Below, piece after piece: positions 35,069-46,814 of a stretch of 64,000 nucleotides of DNA. Every line of letters starts with the position of its first letter. Position 1 is the first letter of the stretch. The notes under the pieces are model-generated. The model worked only from the letters and a program-made list of their open reading frames with translations. It was not told the origin of the DNA and ran no database searches. The stretch is from Actinomycetes bacterium (GTDB taxonomy: Bacteria; Actinomycetota; Acidimicrobiia; Acidimicrobiales; Palsa-688): assembly GCA_021847945.1 (NCBI GenBank), contig JAJZNG010000042.1, forward strand, positions 7,709 through 71,708, read 5' to 3'. The position numbers and the translations under genes were made by a program.

Positions 35069-36553
35069 TCAGCCCTCAGCGGGGGTGAGCGGCCCGGCGG
35101 GCAGGGAGACGACCATACGCGTGCCACCGCCCCGATTGGTAGGCGACTCGGCGTGTACATGACCTCCCATAGCCGTCACCAGCTCGTGGACGATGGCCAG
35201 GCCGAGGCCGGATCCGATCGGACGGTCCGGGCCGGGTCGAGCCACGAAGAGCCTCTCGAATACCCGACTGAGGGCGTCGGCTGGAATCCCTGGTCCGTCG
35301 TCGGAGACCGTCAGGTCGACCCAGCCTGCCCATCCACCGGCGGCGAGAGCCCACCCGCTGATCGGATTCTCGTTCGTCGAGCGACCCGCGCGAACCTCCA
35401 CGTAAGACCCTGCATATCGCAGGGCGTTCTCGATCAGGTTCGCGGTCACCTGGGCAAGGCGGTCGGGGTCCACGATGGCGGTGCAGACGCCGGCTGGTGC
35501 ATCCACTCGCAGGCTTATCCCCAGTTCCTCCGCAGCCGGGTTGAAGGCGGTCGCTGCAGTCGACACGACAGCCCCGAAGTCCACGGTGGCTGGTTCCAAA
35601 GTGAACCGGCGCGCCTGAAGCGTGGCCAGGGCAAGTAGGTCGGCGACGAGTCTCTCGAGCCGGCGTGCCTGGCCGGCGATCACCCGTGCCGCCGCCTTCG
35701 CGTCCTGGGTGGCGCCGTCCTCGATGGCCTCGGCGAAGCCTCGGATCGAGGTAAGAGGCGTACGAAGGTCGTGTGAGACGGACTGTAAGAACCTGCGTTC
35801 GTCGGCTCTTACCCTTCCGAGGTCCTCGGCCATGGAGTTGACTGACCTGGCGAGCGCTGTCAGCTCCGGGTCCCGCTGATTGTGGGAGGGCAGGGTTACC
35901 CTGGCGTCGAGATCCCCGGACGCTATGCGGCTGGTGACGATCTGGGTGGCCCTGATCGGCGAGACGAAACGCCGCCCAAGGCGGTACGCAACTAACCACG
36001 CTACTGCGATGATGGCGAGCGACGACACCAAGAACCAAGGTCCTGCGGTGGACCAGGCGCTTGGGGGCGTCCGAGTTAGGACCACGGCTTGGACCACCTG
36101 ACGGGTCTGGCCGAGTATCAGGATCGACGCCTCGTACGGCACCGCCGCGAACACGACCCCGCCTGTGTCGCCTGAGACGGTGCGCAGCTGGTAGAGGGCC
36201 CCCGTGTCCAGGTCTGAGACGGTCACTCCCGGGGGCAGCTCAACCTTGACCCGCGGGGTCACCGGATCGAAGATCCTCCCGTCGGCGAGAACGGCGACGA
36301 CGGCAGATCCGTCCAGGCGGAAAGGGCCTCGAAGCGCCAGCAGCAACGAGCGCAGCGCCTTGGCGGGGTCCCCACCCGGAGCGTTTCTGGCCTCCTGTTG
36401 CACGCCAGCGGCGAGCCCGACCCCTTCCCTGACAAGCTCGTTTCGAGTCTGGGTGCTGTTGGAGAGCGCGGCAAGGTACAGCGTAACAAGGCCGGACAGG
36501 ATTAGGGCGGCTACGACCATTAGCACCATGGCCGCTGTGAGGCGTCTCGTCAT
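35069..36553 (-). CDS. Two-component sensor histidine kinase (HAMP-HisKA-HATPase)
   Basis: Two TM segments, H-box 'FLQSVSHDLRTPLTSIRGF', N-box 'NLIENALRY', G-boxes 'DDGPGIP' and 'GSGLGLAIV'. Confidence 0.9.
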   Translation of the reverse strand: MTRRLTAAMVLMVVAALILSGLVTLYLAALSNSTQTRNELVREGVGLAAGVQQEARNAPGGDPAKALRSLLLALRGPFRLDGSAVVAVLADGRIFDPVTPRVKVELPPGVTVSDLDTGALYQLRTVSGDTGGVVFAAVPYEASILILGQTRQVVQAVVLTRTPPSAWSTAGPWFLVSSLAIIAVAWLVAYRLGRRFVSPIRATQIVTSRIASGDLDARVTLPSHNQRDPELTALARSVNSMAEDLGRVRADERRFLQSVSHDLRTPLTSIRGFAEAIEDGATQDAKAAARVIAGQARRLERLVADLLALATLQARRFTLEPATVDFGAVVSTAATAFNPAAEELGISLRVDAPAGVCTAIVDPDRLAQVTANLIENALRYAGSYVEVRAGRSTNENPISGWALAAGGWAGWVDLTVSDDGPGIPADALSRVFERLFVARPGPDRPIGSGLGLAIVHELVTAMGGHVHAESPTNRGGGTRMVVSLPAGPLTPAEG

Positions 36554-36567
36554 CGGTGTGCCCTGGC

Positions 36568-37248
36568 CTAGTCGAGCCGGTATCCCACACCCCAGACGGT
36601 GCTGAGGGTGAAATCCGCGCCCAGCTTCTTGCGGAGCTGCCCGATGTGGACGTCCACAGTCCGGTCGTCGCCGTACCAGTCAGGACCCCACACGCCGTCG
36701 AGGAGCTGGCGTCGTGACAAGGCGAGACCCCTGTTGGCCACGAGGTAGGCGAGAAGGTCGAACTCCCGCGTTGCGAGCGCGACGGGGTCGCCGTCTAGGA
36801 GGACCTCCCGTCGGGCCGTGTCGACGGTGATACGACCGAGGACGGCGACGGCCTTTTCCGTCGCAGCGGGCCGAGCGGAGCGGCGGATGATCGCCTTGAC
36901 CCGGGCCGCGAGCTCTCTAGGCGAGAAGGGCTTGGTCACGTAGTCGTCAGCTCCGAGCTCGAAGCCGAGCACCCTGTCGATCTCCTCATCGCGCGCGGTG
37001 AGCATCACGACCGGGACGGAGCTGCCGGCCCTTATCCTACGGCACACCTCGAAACCGTCGACGTTGCCGGGTAGGCCGACGTCCAAGATCACCAGGGAAG
37101 GCCTCTCGCGTTCCACAGCAGCAAGGCCTTTCTCGCCGTCTACAGCGGCGACGACGCGGTGGCCGTCGCGGCGAAGGTACATACATATCAGCTCTGAGAT
37201 GTTGGGGTCGTCTTCTACGACCACTATCGTCGCCGCTTCGTTGGGCAT
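36568..37248 (-). CDS. OmpR/PhoB-family response regulator
   Basis: Receiver 'IVVVEDDPNI..LVILDVGLPG..DDYVTKPFSPREL' plus winged-helix output 'VHIGQLRKKLG..VWGVGYRL'. Confidence 0.95.
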   Translation of the reverse strand: MPNEAATIVVVEDDPNISELICMYLRRDGHRVVAAVDGEKGLAAVERERPSLVILDVGLPGNVDGFEVCRRIRAGSSVPVVMLTARDEEIDRVLGFELGADDYVTKPFSPRELAARVKAIIRRSARPAATEKAVAVLGRITVDTARREVLLDGDPVALATREFDLLAYLVANRGLALSRRQLLDGVWGPDWYGDDRTVDVHIGQLRKKLGADFTLSTVWGVGYRLD

Positions 37249-37318
37249 CTTGGTGAGAGTCTGCCACGCGAAGCGCCGAAGGAGAGGCTTGTGACTCTCG
37301 GCATGGGTTAGGTCCTAA

Positions 37319-39031
37319 TCAGCGTCTCCACACAGCAGACTCCCAAGGTCTAAGCGTGATCGAGGGGCCTGCGATGGGGGCTCCGGCCATGTTCGCCAGC
37401 ACCAACTTTGCGTGCCGCCAGTCGTCTTCGATGGCCAGAGTGGCTGTCTGGGTCGCAGTTGAGAAGTTCGCGGCTACGAGCAACTCTCCATCTACGCTGC
37501 GGCGGGTGAAGCACCACAGATTCGGGTGGTCCCCGGCGAGGAGGTTGAAGTCGCCATCTATTACGACGGGATCGCTGTGGCGGAGATGGATCAGCCGTAT
37601 GTAGTGCGACAAGATCGACTCGGGGTCGTCCAACTGGGCGGTCGCGTTGAAGCGTTCGTAGTCGGGGTTGGTCATGATCCAAGGTTGCGCGGTGCTGAAA
37701 CCCCCGTTGGCGCTTGTGTCCCACTGCATCGGCGTACGACCCTGGTCGCGGCTGCGCTCGAACATGGCAGCTTCGAGACTGTCCATGTCCGTCACGCCTT
37801 CGAGGAGGCGCTGCTTGTGGAAGTTGAGGACTTCGATGTCGCGAAAGTCGTCCATGGACGAAAAGGGCGCGTTAGCCATGCCTATCTCCTCGCCCTGATA
37901 GACGAAAGGAGTCCCTTTGTGCAAGTGGAGAACCGTGGCGAGCGTCTTCGCCGACGCCACCCGGTGCTCGCCGTCGTCCCCGAAGCGGGAGAGGGAGCGG
38001 GGCTGATCATGATTTCCCAGGTAGAGAGAGTTCCAGACCCGGCCACCGCTGCCCTCCTGCCAGTTTGCCATCACGGCCTTGAGCAGCGGGAGATCCAAAG
38101 GGACGGGATCGTAGCGGTGGGTCGCGAAGTCAACCATCACATGCTCGAACGCGAAGACCATGTCCAACTCGTTGCGTGTCGGCTCGCAGAAAAGCGCCGC
38201 CTGTTCGACGGTCACCTTGGGTGTCTCGCCGACTGTAAGGACGTGGTGGGAGCGGCCGGCGAACACCTCTCGGTGCATCTCCTGGAGGAACTCGTGGTTG
38301 CGCGGCCCGCACAGGAAGTGCGGGTCGCCGAGCCCGTAGGCGGACCCCGGGACCGGTTCCACGTCGGGGAAATCCTGGTTCTTGCTCAGCATGTTGATCA
38401 CGTCCATGCGGAACCCGTCGACGCCGCGGTCAAGCCACCATCTCATCATGGAGTAGACCGCATTGCGAACGTCGGGGTTCTCCCAGTTGAGGTCGGGCTG
38501 TTTCGCCGAGAAGATATGCAGGTAGTACTGCTCGGTGCGGGGGTCCCAGGCCCAAGCCGAACCGGAGAACCGCGACGCCCAGTTGCTCGGCTCGGAGCCT
38601 GGTTCTCCGGGGACGCCGCCAGGGCGGGGATCCCGCCAGATGTACCAGTCCCGTTTCGGATTGTCTCGCGATGAACACGACTCGACAAACCAAGGGTGCT
38701 CGTCGGACGTGTGGTTGACCACCAAGTCCATCATCAGGCCTATGTTGCGCCGGTGTAGCTCGGCTATCAGTTCGTCCAGGTCGTCAAGGGTCCCGAAGAG
38801 CGGGTCCACGTCGTAGTAGTCGCTGATGTCGTAGCCGTTGTCGTCCATCGGCGAGCGGTAGATGGGTGACATCCACACGAAATCCACACCCAGGCGCTCC
38901 AGGTGATCCACGTGGGAGATGACCCCGCGAATGTCGCCCACCCCGTCGCCGTTGGAGTCGGCGAAGCTCCTCGGGTAGATCTGGTAGCCCACGAAACTGT
39001 GCCAGTCCCCGCTGCGACGCCGCTTAGACAA
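37319..39031 (-). CDS. GH13 alpha-glucosidase (oligo-1,6-glucosidase / trehalose-6-P hydrolase-like), intact paralogue
   Basis: 'YQIYPRSFADSNGDGVGDIRG', 'MSPIYRSPMDDNGYDISDY', 'DLVVNHTSDEHPWF', 'GFRMDVINM', 'GNHDQPR'. TTG start with GAGGGGA upstream. Confidence 0.9.
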   Translation of the reverse strand: MSKRRRSGDWHSFVGYQIYPRSFADSNGDGVGDIRGVISHVDHLERLGVDFVWMSPIYRSPMDDNGYDISDYYDVDPLFGTLDDLDELIAELHRRNIGLMMDLVVNHTSDEHPWFVESCSSRDNPKRDWYIWRDPRPGGVPGEPGSEPSNWASRFSGSAWAWDPRTEQYYLHIFSAKQPDLNWENPDVRNAVYSMMRWWLDRGVDGFRMDVINMLSKNQDFPDVEPVPGSAYGLGDPHFLCGPRNHEFLQEMHREVFAGRSHHVLTVGETPKVTVEQAALFCEPTRNELDMVFAFEHVMVDFATHRYDPVPLDLPLLKAVMANWQEGSGGRVWNSLYLGNHDQPRSLSRFGDDGEHRVASAKTLATVLHLHKGTPFVYQGEEIGMANAPFSSMDDFRDIEVLNFHKQRLLEGVTDMDSLEAAMFERSRDQGRTPMQWDTSANGGFSTAQPWIMTNPDYERFNATAQLDDPESILSHYIRLIHLRHSDPVVIDGDFNLLAGDHPNLWCFTRRSVDGELLVAANFSTATQTATLAIEDDWRHAKLVLANMAGAPIAGPSITLRPWESAVWRR

Positions 39032-39111
39032 TGTTATGGTTCCCCTCGCTGATTTTTGGTGAGACCCCGCGGCCTTAGGCTATGGCTATCGGCCCGATGC
39101 GGTAGCTCACG

Positions 39112-40566
39112 TTAGCCAACCGCCTCGGTGCCCGACAGGAACCTGACCGCGTCGCCCGCGTCCCAGCCCTCCGGATGGGTAAGGAGCATCTCGGCCGGCC
39201 CTGAGAGGTCAGCGCCCAAGGTGACGGCGGGAGGCTCCGAGTAGCCGCCGCGCCGAGTCTGACCCAAGCCGATGTTGGACATCAGCCCGTTGCACAGGCA
39301 CAGCCTGCCGGCAGTGGCCGCCTCGGAACCACCCTTGTGCAAGAACGATGCTGTCCTCTCCGCCGGGCATCGGTAACTAACTGTACCTTTAGGTGTTATA
39401 TACGGCGTCCTGAGGTATCCCAGATCGCAGGAGCGCTCCCGTGCGAGGCGGACATCGGGGTCCGACATGGTCCCTTCCAGGTCGGCGAGCTTAAAGGGGA
39501 AACCCGTCGGCGAAGCGTTCGGGTCGCTCCTCACGGTGAGCTCCCCGCGTGCAAGTCGGGCTAGCATCTCCCGGCGAAGTCGGGGTTCTATCCCGGATTC
39601 GTCGCAGAGTGCGAACAGCGTCCCAGTCTGGATGCCGCGAGCCCCCCAGCGCCTTGCCCGCGACAGGCTGTCGCTGTGGGACTGCCCCCCGGCGAGCCAG
39701 AAGGGCAGTCCCAGCCCGGCGAGCTTTCCCAGGTCCGCTCGGTCGCGGGGGCCGTAGATCGGCTCCCCCCGGTCGTCGAGCCGTAGCTGACCTCGCGGTG
39801 GTGCGTTGTGTCCGCCCGCTTCGGGCGACTCGACCACGAAACCGTCGGGGCGGGTCGCGGGGTCCCTGGCCAGGAACGTTGCCAGGGTATCGGAGGACAC
39901 GATCGCCAGGAACCTCGGGGCGTGCATTTCGGCGAGGGTTTTCCCGATCACCGACGCTGGGTCGAAGACGAGCCGATGCTGTTCCCGGCCGGCTCCTTCT
40001 ACATCCACGGGCAACTCGAAGCGCTCGTGGCGGGCGAACGCTTTAAGCATTTCGGGGAACTTCGCCGGTATGCCCGCCCCGACGAGAACAGCGTCGACAC
40101 CGGCCAGCATCGCCCCGAAGAGTGCTGGCGGATTGGAGAGCTGCACCTTCTCCAAAAAGTTGATCCCCACAGCCCCTCCGCCTTGGGCTGCGTGCTTTGC
40201 GAGATAAACCTCAGTGAAAGCCGACAGGACCGAGACCCATTGACGTTGCGGGCTCGGCGAAAAGGATGGGCGCGCCAGGAGCCTGTAAGGGGACCCCGCA
40301 GTGCGGCCCCGGGGATTCCAGTAGCGGTCCAAGACGTACCGTGAAATCTCGGGTACGGGGAAGGCGTCCAAAGCTTCGCGTATATGGCTCCCTGGGTCTC
40401 CGTCCTGGAGCTTTCTCGCCATGATCGTGTCCAGAGCCACTCCCGAAACGACCCCCATCGCCCCAGCTCTGGCTACGGCACCCGCTAAGCGCCAACCCGA
40501 GACACCTATGCCCATGCCTCCCTGGATTATCTCCGGGATCTCTGCTTGCACAATAACCATTATCAA
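39112..40566 (-). CDS. Nitronate monooxygenase (NMO/2-nitropropane dioxygenase) family protein, long form
   Basis: 'IIQGGMGIGVSGWRLAGAVARAGAMGVVSG' and the TIM-barrel FMN enzyme pattern. 484 aa. Confidence 0.7.
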   Translation of the reverse strand: MIMVIVQAEIPEIIQGGMGIGVSGWRLAGAVARAGAMGVVSGVALDTIMARKLQDGDPGSHIREALDAFPVPEISRYVLDRYWNPRGRTAGSPYRLLARPSFSPSPQRQWVSVLSAFTEVYLAKHAAQGGGAVGINFLEKVQLSNPPALFGAMLAGVDAVLVGAGIPAKFPEMLKAFARHERFELPVDVEGAGREQHRLVFDPASVIGKTLAEMHAPRFLAIVSSDTLATFLARDPATRPDGFVVESPEAGGHNAPPRGQLRLDDRGEPIYGPRDRADLGKLAGLGLPFWLAGGQSHSDSLSRARRWGARGIQTGTLFALCDESGIEPRLRREMLARLARGELTVRSDPNASPTGFPFKLADLEGTMSDPDVRLARERSCDLGYLRTPYITPKGTVSYRCPAERTASFLHKGGSEAATAGRLCLCNGLMSNIGLGQTRRGGYSEPPAVTLGADLSGPAEMLLTHPEGWDAGDAVRFLSGTEAVG

Positions 40567-40662
40567 ATCACACTACATTATGTGTGGTACTGAATGTATC
40601 GCAGTGCCGCAGGTGCTGGGCGTTCTACCGGCATTTAGGCCCACCCGGATCCGCCGAGGCGT

Positions 40663-41730
40663 CTAGTCTTCCGAAGCGTCCAAGTGGTCTAGGTGGGTTT
40701 TCCTGGTGGCGTCATCGAGGAAGGAGGCCTGCAGCGAGTTGCGGGCGAGTGTCCGCAGCGCATAGGAGTCGAGGCCGACTCCTTGGGCGAGGGCGGCGAA
40801 GTTGTCATCCAGGTAACCACCGAAGTAGGCGGGGTCGTCGGAGTTGACCGTGACGGCGAGGCCGGCTTCGAGCATCGCCGCGACCGGGTGCTCCTCGATC
40901 CTCTCTACTACCTTGAGGCGGACGTTGGACAAAGGACAGACGGTGAGGGGTACCTGCTCGTCGGCCAAGCGCGCTACGAGGTTCCGATCTTCGAGAGAGC
41001 GCACGCCGTGGTCGATGCGTTCCACGCGAAGAACGTCCAGGGCCTCCCACACGTAGCTTGGAGGCCCCTCCTCCCCGGCGTGGGCGACACAGTGAAGGCC
41101 TTGCGCTCGGGCCCTTGAGAAGACGTCAGCGAACAGTGCCGGTGGGTACCCCACCTCCGCCGAGTCCAGTCCGACGCCGATGATCGCGTCACGGTGGTGG
41201 AGCAGTTGGTCGAGAGTGTCCATCGCCGCATCTGGACCTTGGTCCCGTAGGAAGCAGGCGATCAGGCCGGCGGACATGCCGTAGCGACTTCGTGCAGCGC
41301 TTACAGCAGAGGTCAGGCCGTTGACGACGGCCTCCAGAGGAACGCTTCTTGAGGTGTGGGCTTGGGGGTCGAAAAAGATCTCGGCGTGGCGGACACCGTC
41401 TTTCGATGCACGAGCGAGATAGGCGTCAGCCAGGTCGAAGAAGTCGTCTTCTGTGCGCAGGACGGCCATGCACGAGTAGTACAGGTCGAGGAAAGAGCCC
41501 AGGTTCGAGAACGAGTACCTGGCCCGCAGATCCTCGACTCCCGCGAAAGGTAGGCGGACCCCGTTGCGGGCTCCGAGGCGGAACACCATGTCCGCTTCCA
41601 GCGTCCCTTCGATGTGGACGTGAAGCTCGGCCTTGGGCAATGCGAGGCGGTCCGGCTGGGCATTTCCGTCCGGCCGGGCCGGTCTGTCCAGCTGAGCCGG
41701 TCTGTCCGCGGGGTGTGTTGGGTCACGCAT
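40663..41730 (-). CDS. add: Adenosine/adenine deaminase
   Basis: 'LPKAELHVHIEGTL', 'CVAHAGEEG', 'ERIDHGV', 'TVNSDDPAYFGGYL'. Confidence 0.9.
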   Translation of the reverse strand: MRDPTHPADRPAQLDRPARPDGNAQPDRLALPKAELHVHIEGTLEADMVFRLGARNGVRLPFAGVEDLRARYSFSNLGSFLDLYYSCMAVLRTEDDFFDLADAYLARASKDGVRHAEIFFDPQAHTSRSVPLEAVVNGLTSAVSAARSRYGMSAGLIACFLRDQGPDAAMDTLDQLLHHRDAIIGVGLDSAEVGYPPALFADVFSRARAQGLHCVAHAGEEGPPSYVWEALDVLRVERIDHGVRSLEDRNLVARLADEQVPLTVCPLSNVRLKVVERIEEHPVAAMLEAGLAVTVNSDDPAYFGGYLDDNFAALAQGVGLDSYALRTLARNSLQASFLDDATRKTHLDHLDASED

Positions 41731-41739
41731 CGGCTGAGG

Positions 41740-42607
41740 CTATCTCGCCGGACGGTCGAAACGTCCGGGTGGTGGGCGGAACCTCATCGCCACTACGGCG
41801 CTCAACCCTTCGGAGACTATCCTCCCGTGCATTTTCGACGCCCCATGGACGCGTTCTTTGAATCTGAACGGCACTTCCACGATGCGAGCCCCTCTGCGGT
41901 GGGCGGCGTAGGTGGTGTGGATCTGGAACGCGTAGCCCGATAGGTTGCCACCTACAGGCGATATCGCGGCCAAAAGGTCAGCCCTCCAAGCCTTGAAGCC
42001 TCCCGTCAAGTCCCGGTAGGGAAGCCCGAGAACCAGGCGGGCGTAGGTATTGCCGGCCACCGAGAGAGCCTTGCGGTGCCACGCCCAGTCGGGATCTGTG
42101 CTGCCACCTGGTATGTAGCGGGCCCCCAGGGCGAGGTCGGCTCCGCCAACCAGAGCGCTAAGCAGCGCCGGCACGACAGCCGTCGGATGTGACCCATCGG
42201 CGTCCATCTGCACCACGGCCTGGTAGTCACGTTCGAGGGCCCAGGCGAAACCCGCCCGGTAGGCAGGGGCAAGTCCCTCGGGACGAGGTCTCACCAACAC
42301 GTTGATCATCCCCGGACGGTAACCCTCGGCGAGCTTTACCACCCGATCGGCGGTGCCGTCGGGGCTCGAGTCGTCGACGACGACCACGTCGACGCTTGGC
42401 CGGTCCGACTCGTCCAGCCTGACGGCCTCGTCTATCTCGGCGAGGCCCGATATCAAGGCATCGACATTGTCGACTTCGTTGTATGTAGGAACTACGACTA
42501 CTGCTCGCACCAGCCGGCTCCCGTTCGTTCGTGGAATGTCGATATGAACAGAACATGGTATTCCCCTCGGCCGAGCCCGCACCGTCAGCGCTGGTAGCCT
42601 GGGGGCC

Positions 42608-42624
<17 letters not shown>
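41740..42624 (-). CDS. ppm1: Polyprenol-phosphate mannose synthase (GT2, Ppm1/DPM1-like)
   Basis: 'AVVVVPTYNEVDNV', 'VVVVDDSSPDGT', 'VQMDADGSH'. The longest ORF overlaps the divergent ask start. The real start is probably an internal GTG (42582 or 42510). Confidence 0.85.
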
Positions 42625-44853
<2,229 letters not shown>

Positions 44854-44952
44854 AACCCTAAAGTATCACCAGGGCACGGTCGTCTACGACCCGGGGATGA
44901 CACGGCAAATCAACCTTCAGCCCGATGTGTATCACGGCCCGAAAGGCCGACA

Positions 44953-45978
44953 ATGAGATCATCGACCACAAACATCGAGGTGACGATGATCGAGATCTCA
45001 CATCTGACCAAACGCTACGGGACCACGGTAGCCGTTGACGACCTTTCGTTCCGGGTAGAGCCCGGGAGAGTGACCGGCTTCCTCGGTCCAAACGGTGCTG
45101 GTAAGACCACGACTATGAGAGCCGTGCTCGGCCTCGACCTTCCAACGAGCGGTACGGTCACGATTGACGGTCGCCGATACCGGGATCTGCCAGTCCCGCT
45201 GCGCGAGGTGGGAGCGCTACTCGACGCCAAAGCCCTTCACGGGGGCAGGAGCGCCACGAAGCACCTGCAAGCTCTGGCTCTGAGCAACGGCATACCGCTT
45301 AGCCGAGTAGGAGAAGTGCTTCAGATGGTAGGCCTCCAAGGCGTAGCACGCCGGCGGACCAGTGGTTTCTCCCTCGGGATGAGCCAGCGGCTCGGCGTTG
45401 CGGCGGCCCTCCTCGGCGATCCGGCGATCGTCATGTTCGACGAACCGGTCAACGGGCTGGACCCCGAGGGGATCCTTTGGATTCGCCAGCTCATGAGAGA
45501 CCTGGCATCTGAGGGTCGGACAGTACTCGTGTCGAGTCACCTGATGAGCGAGATGGCGCTGACAGCCGATTACCTGGTCGTCATAGGCCGGGGCCGCCTG
45601 ATAGCGGACACATCGATATCGGACTTCATAGAGTCAGGGTCCGTCAGCCAAACGCTCGTGAAAAGCCGCGACGACGCTCTTCTCGCCTCTCGTCTCACCC
45701 AGGCTGGATTGTCTGTACGGCCCGGCGACGCCGGTGGCATCGTCTGCTCTGGGCCGGGGATCGAGCGCATCGGGGACATAGCCCTCGAAGCTCGTGTCGC
45801 ACTCGACGAGCTGACACCGATCAGGGCTTCCCTCGAAGAGGCATTCATGGAACTGACCCGCGACAGCGTCGATTACATAGCCACCACGCCGAGCGGAGCA
45901 CACAGTTCGCAGTCTGCGGCGACCTCAGAAGGGTCCCTCGGCCAACTAAACAACCTTTCAGAGGAGGCCTACCGATGA
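44953..45978 (+). CDS. ABC transporter ATP-binding protein
   Basis: Walker A 'GPNGAGKTTT', signature 'FSLGMSQRL', Walker B 'IVMFDEPVNGLD'. An alternative start is ATG 44986 ('MIEISHL'). Confidence 0.9.
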   Translation: MRSSTTNIEVTMIEISHLTKRYGTTVAVDDLSFRVEPGRVTGFLGPNGAGKTTTMRAVLGLDLPTSGTVTIDGRRYRDLPVPLREVGALLDAKALHGGRSATKHLQALALSNGIPLSRVGEVLQMVGLQGVARRRTSGFSLGMSQRLGVAAALLGDPAIVMFDEPVNGLDPEGILWIRQLMRDLASEGRTVLVSSHLMSEMALTADYLVVIGRGRLIADTSISDFIESGSVSQTLVKSRDDALLASRLTQAGLSVRPGDAGGIVCSGPGIERIGDIALEARVALDELTPIRASLEEAFMELTRDSVDYIATTPSGAHSSQSAATSEGSLGQLNNLSEEAYR

Positions 45979-46814
45979 CCACAGCTATCGCCACATCCAC
46001 AAGCCCCACCCATAAAGATGGCGCATCCGGCTCTCGCCGGCCGGCCAGTTTCGCCGACGTTGCTCGCTCGGAGTGGGTAAAGCTGACGAGCGTACGTTCC
46101 ACCTGGATCACCTTGGCTGTGACGGTGCTGCTCGGAGTCGGGGTAGGGACGCTGATCTCCGGGCTGGCGGCGTCACGGTACTCGACTGACCACCATCTGC
46201 ACCTGACATGGGATCCGACTTCGGTCAGTTTCAGGGCCCTCGTCATAGCCCAACTGGCAATCGCTGTGCTGGGCACCCTGGTGATCACCTCAGAGTACGG
46301 CACCGGGCTGATCCGGATCTCCCTGGCCGCGGTGCCGTCCAGACGTCGCTTCTTGGCTGCGAAAGCCACCGTGTTCACGGCCGTGGCACTCGTAGTGGGT
46401 GAGGTAACCGCTTTTGCAGCGTTCTTGCTCGGCCAGGCGGCTATCGGGACGTCCGCTCCTCACGCGACTCTCGGCCAGCCCGGTGTGCTGCGCGCCGTGA
46501 TAGGAGCCGGCTTGTACCTGGCGGCCATCGGCCTGCTAGCGGTTGGGATCGGAACGCTGCTGCGCAACACTGCCGCAGGCATCTCGGCGATGGTGGCTCT
46601 CTTGTTCGTGCTGCCGGGACTGGTACAGGCGCTGCCGTCATCGTGGGCGAATGCCATCACCGAGTGGTGGCCAACACAGGCGGGAAGCCAGGTCTACGCA
46701 CTGCACGGCGGAGCCCATACGCTTAGCGCGTGGGCCGGGTTCGCCGTTCTGATCGCTTTCAGCGCAGTCGTGTTCGGGTTCGCCCAGTGGATGCTCGTGC
46801 GCCGCGACGCGTGA
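45975..46814 (+). CDS. ABC-2 type transporter permease
   Basis: 279 aa, about six TM segments. The ATG overlaps the ATPase stop (ATGA). Confidence 0.8.
   Translation: MTTAIATSTSPTHKDGASGSRRPASFADVARSEWVKLTSVRSTWITLAVTVLLGVGVGTLISGLAASRYSTDHHLHLTWDPTSVSFRALVIAQLAIAVLGTLVITSEYGTGLIRISLAAVPSRRRFLAAKATVFTAVALVVGEVTAFAAFLLGQAAIGTSAPHATLGQPGVLRAVIGAGLYLAAIGLLAVGIGTLLRNTAAGISAMVALLFVLPGLVQALPSSWANAITEWWPTQAGSQVYALHGGAHTLSAWAGFAVLIAFSAVVFGFAQWMLVRRDA

Noticed and set aside
35076-36038. 320-aa minus-strand ORF inside the histidine kinase gene (alternative frame)
   Set aside because: It is an Arg/Pro/Gly-rich out-of-frame translation. The kinase frame contains the H, N and G boxes.
37526-38674. 382-aa plus-strand ORF opposite the intact GH13 gene
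   Set aside because: Same reasoning: the composition is shadow-like, and the minus frame carries all the GH13 motifs.
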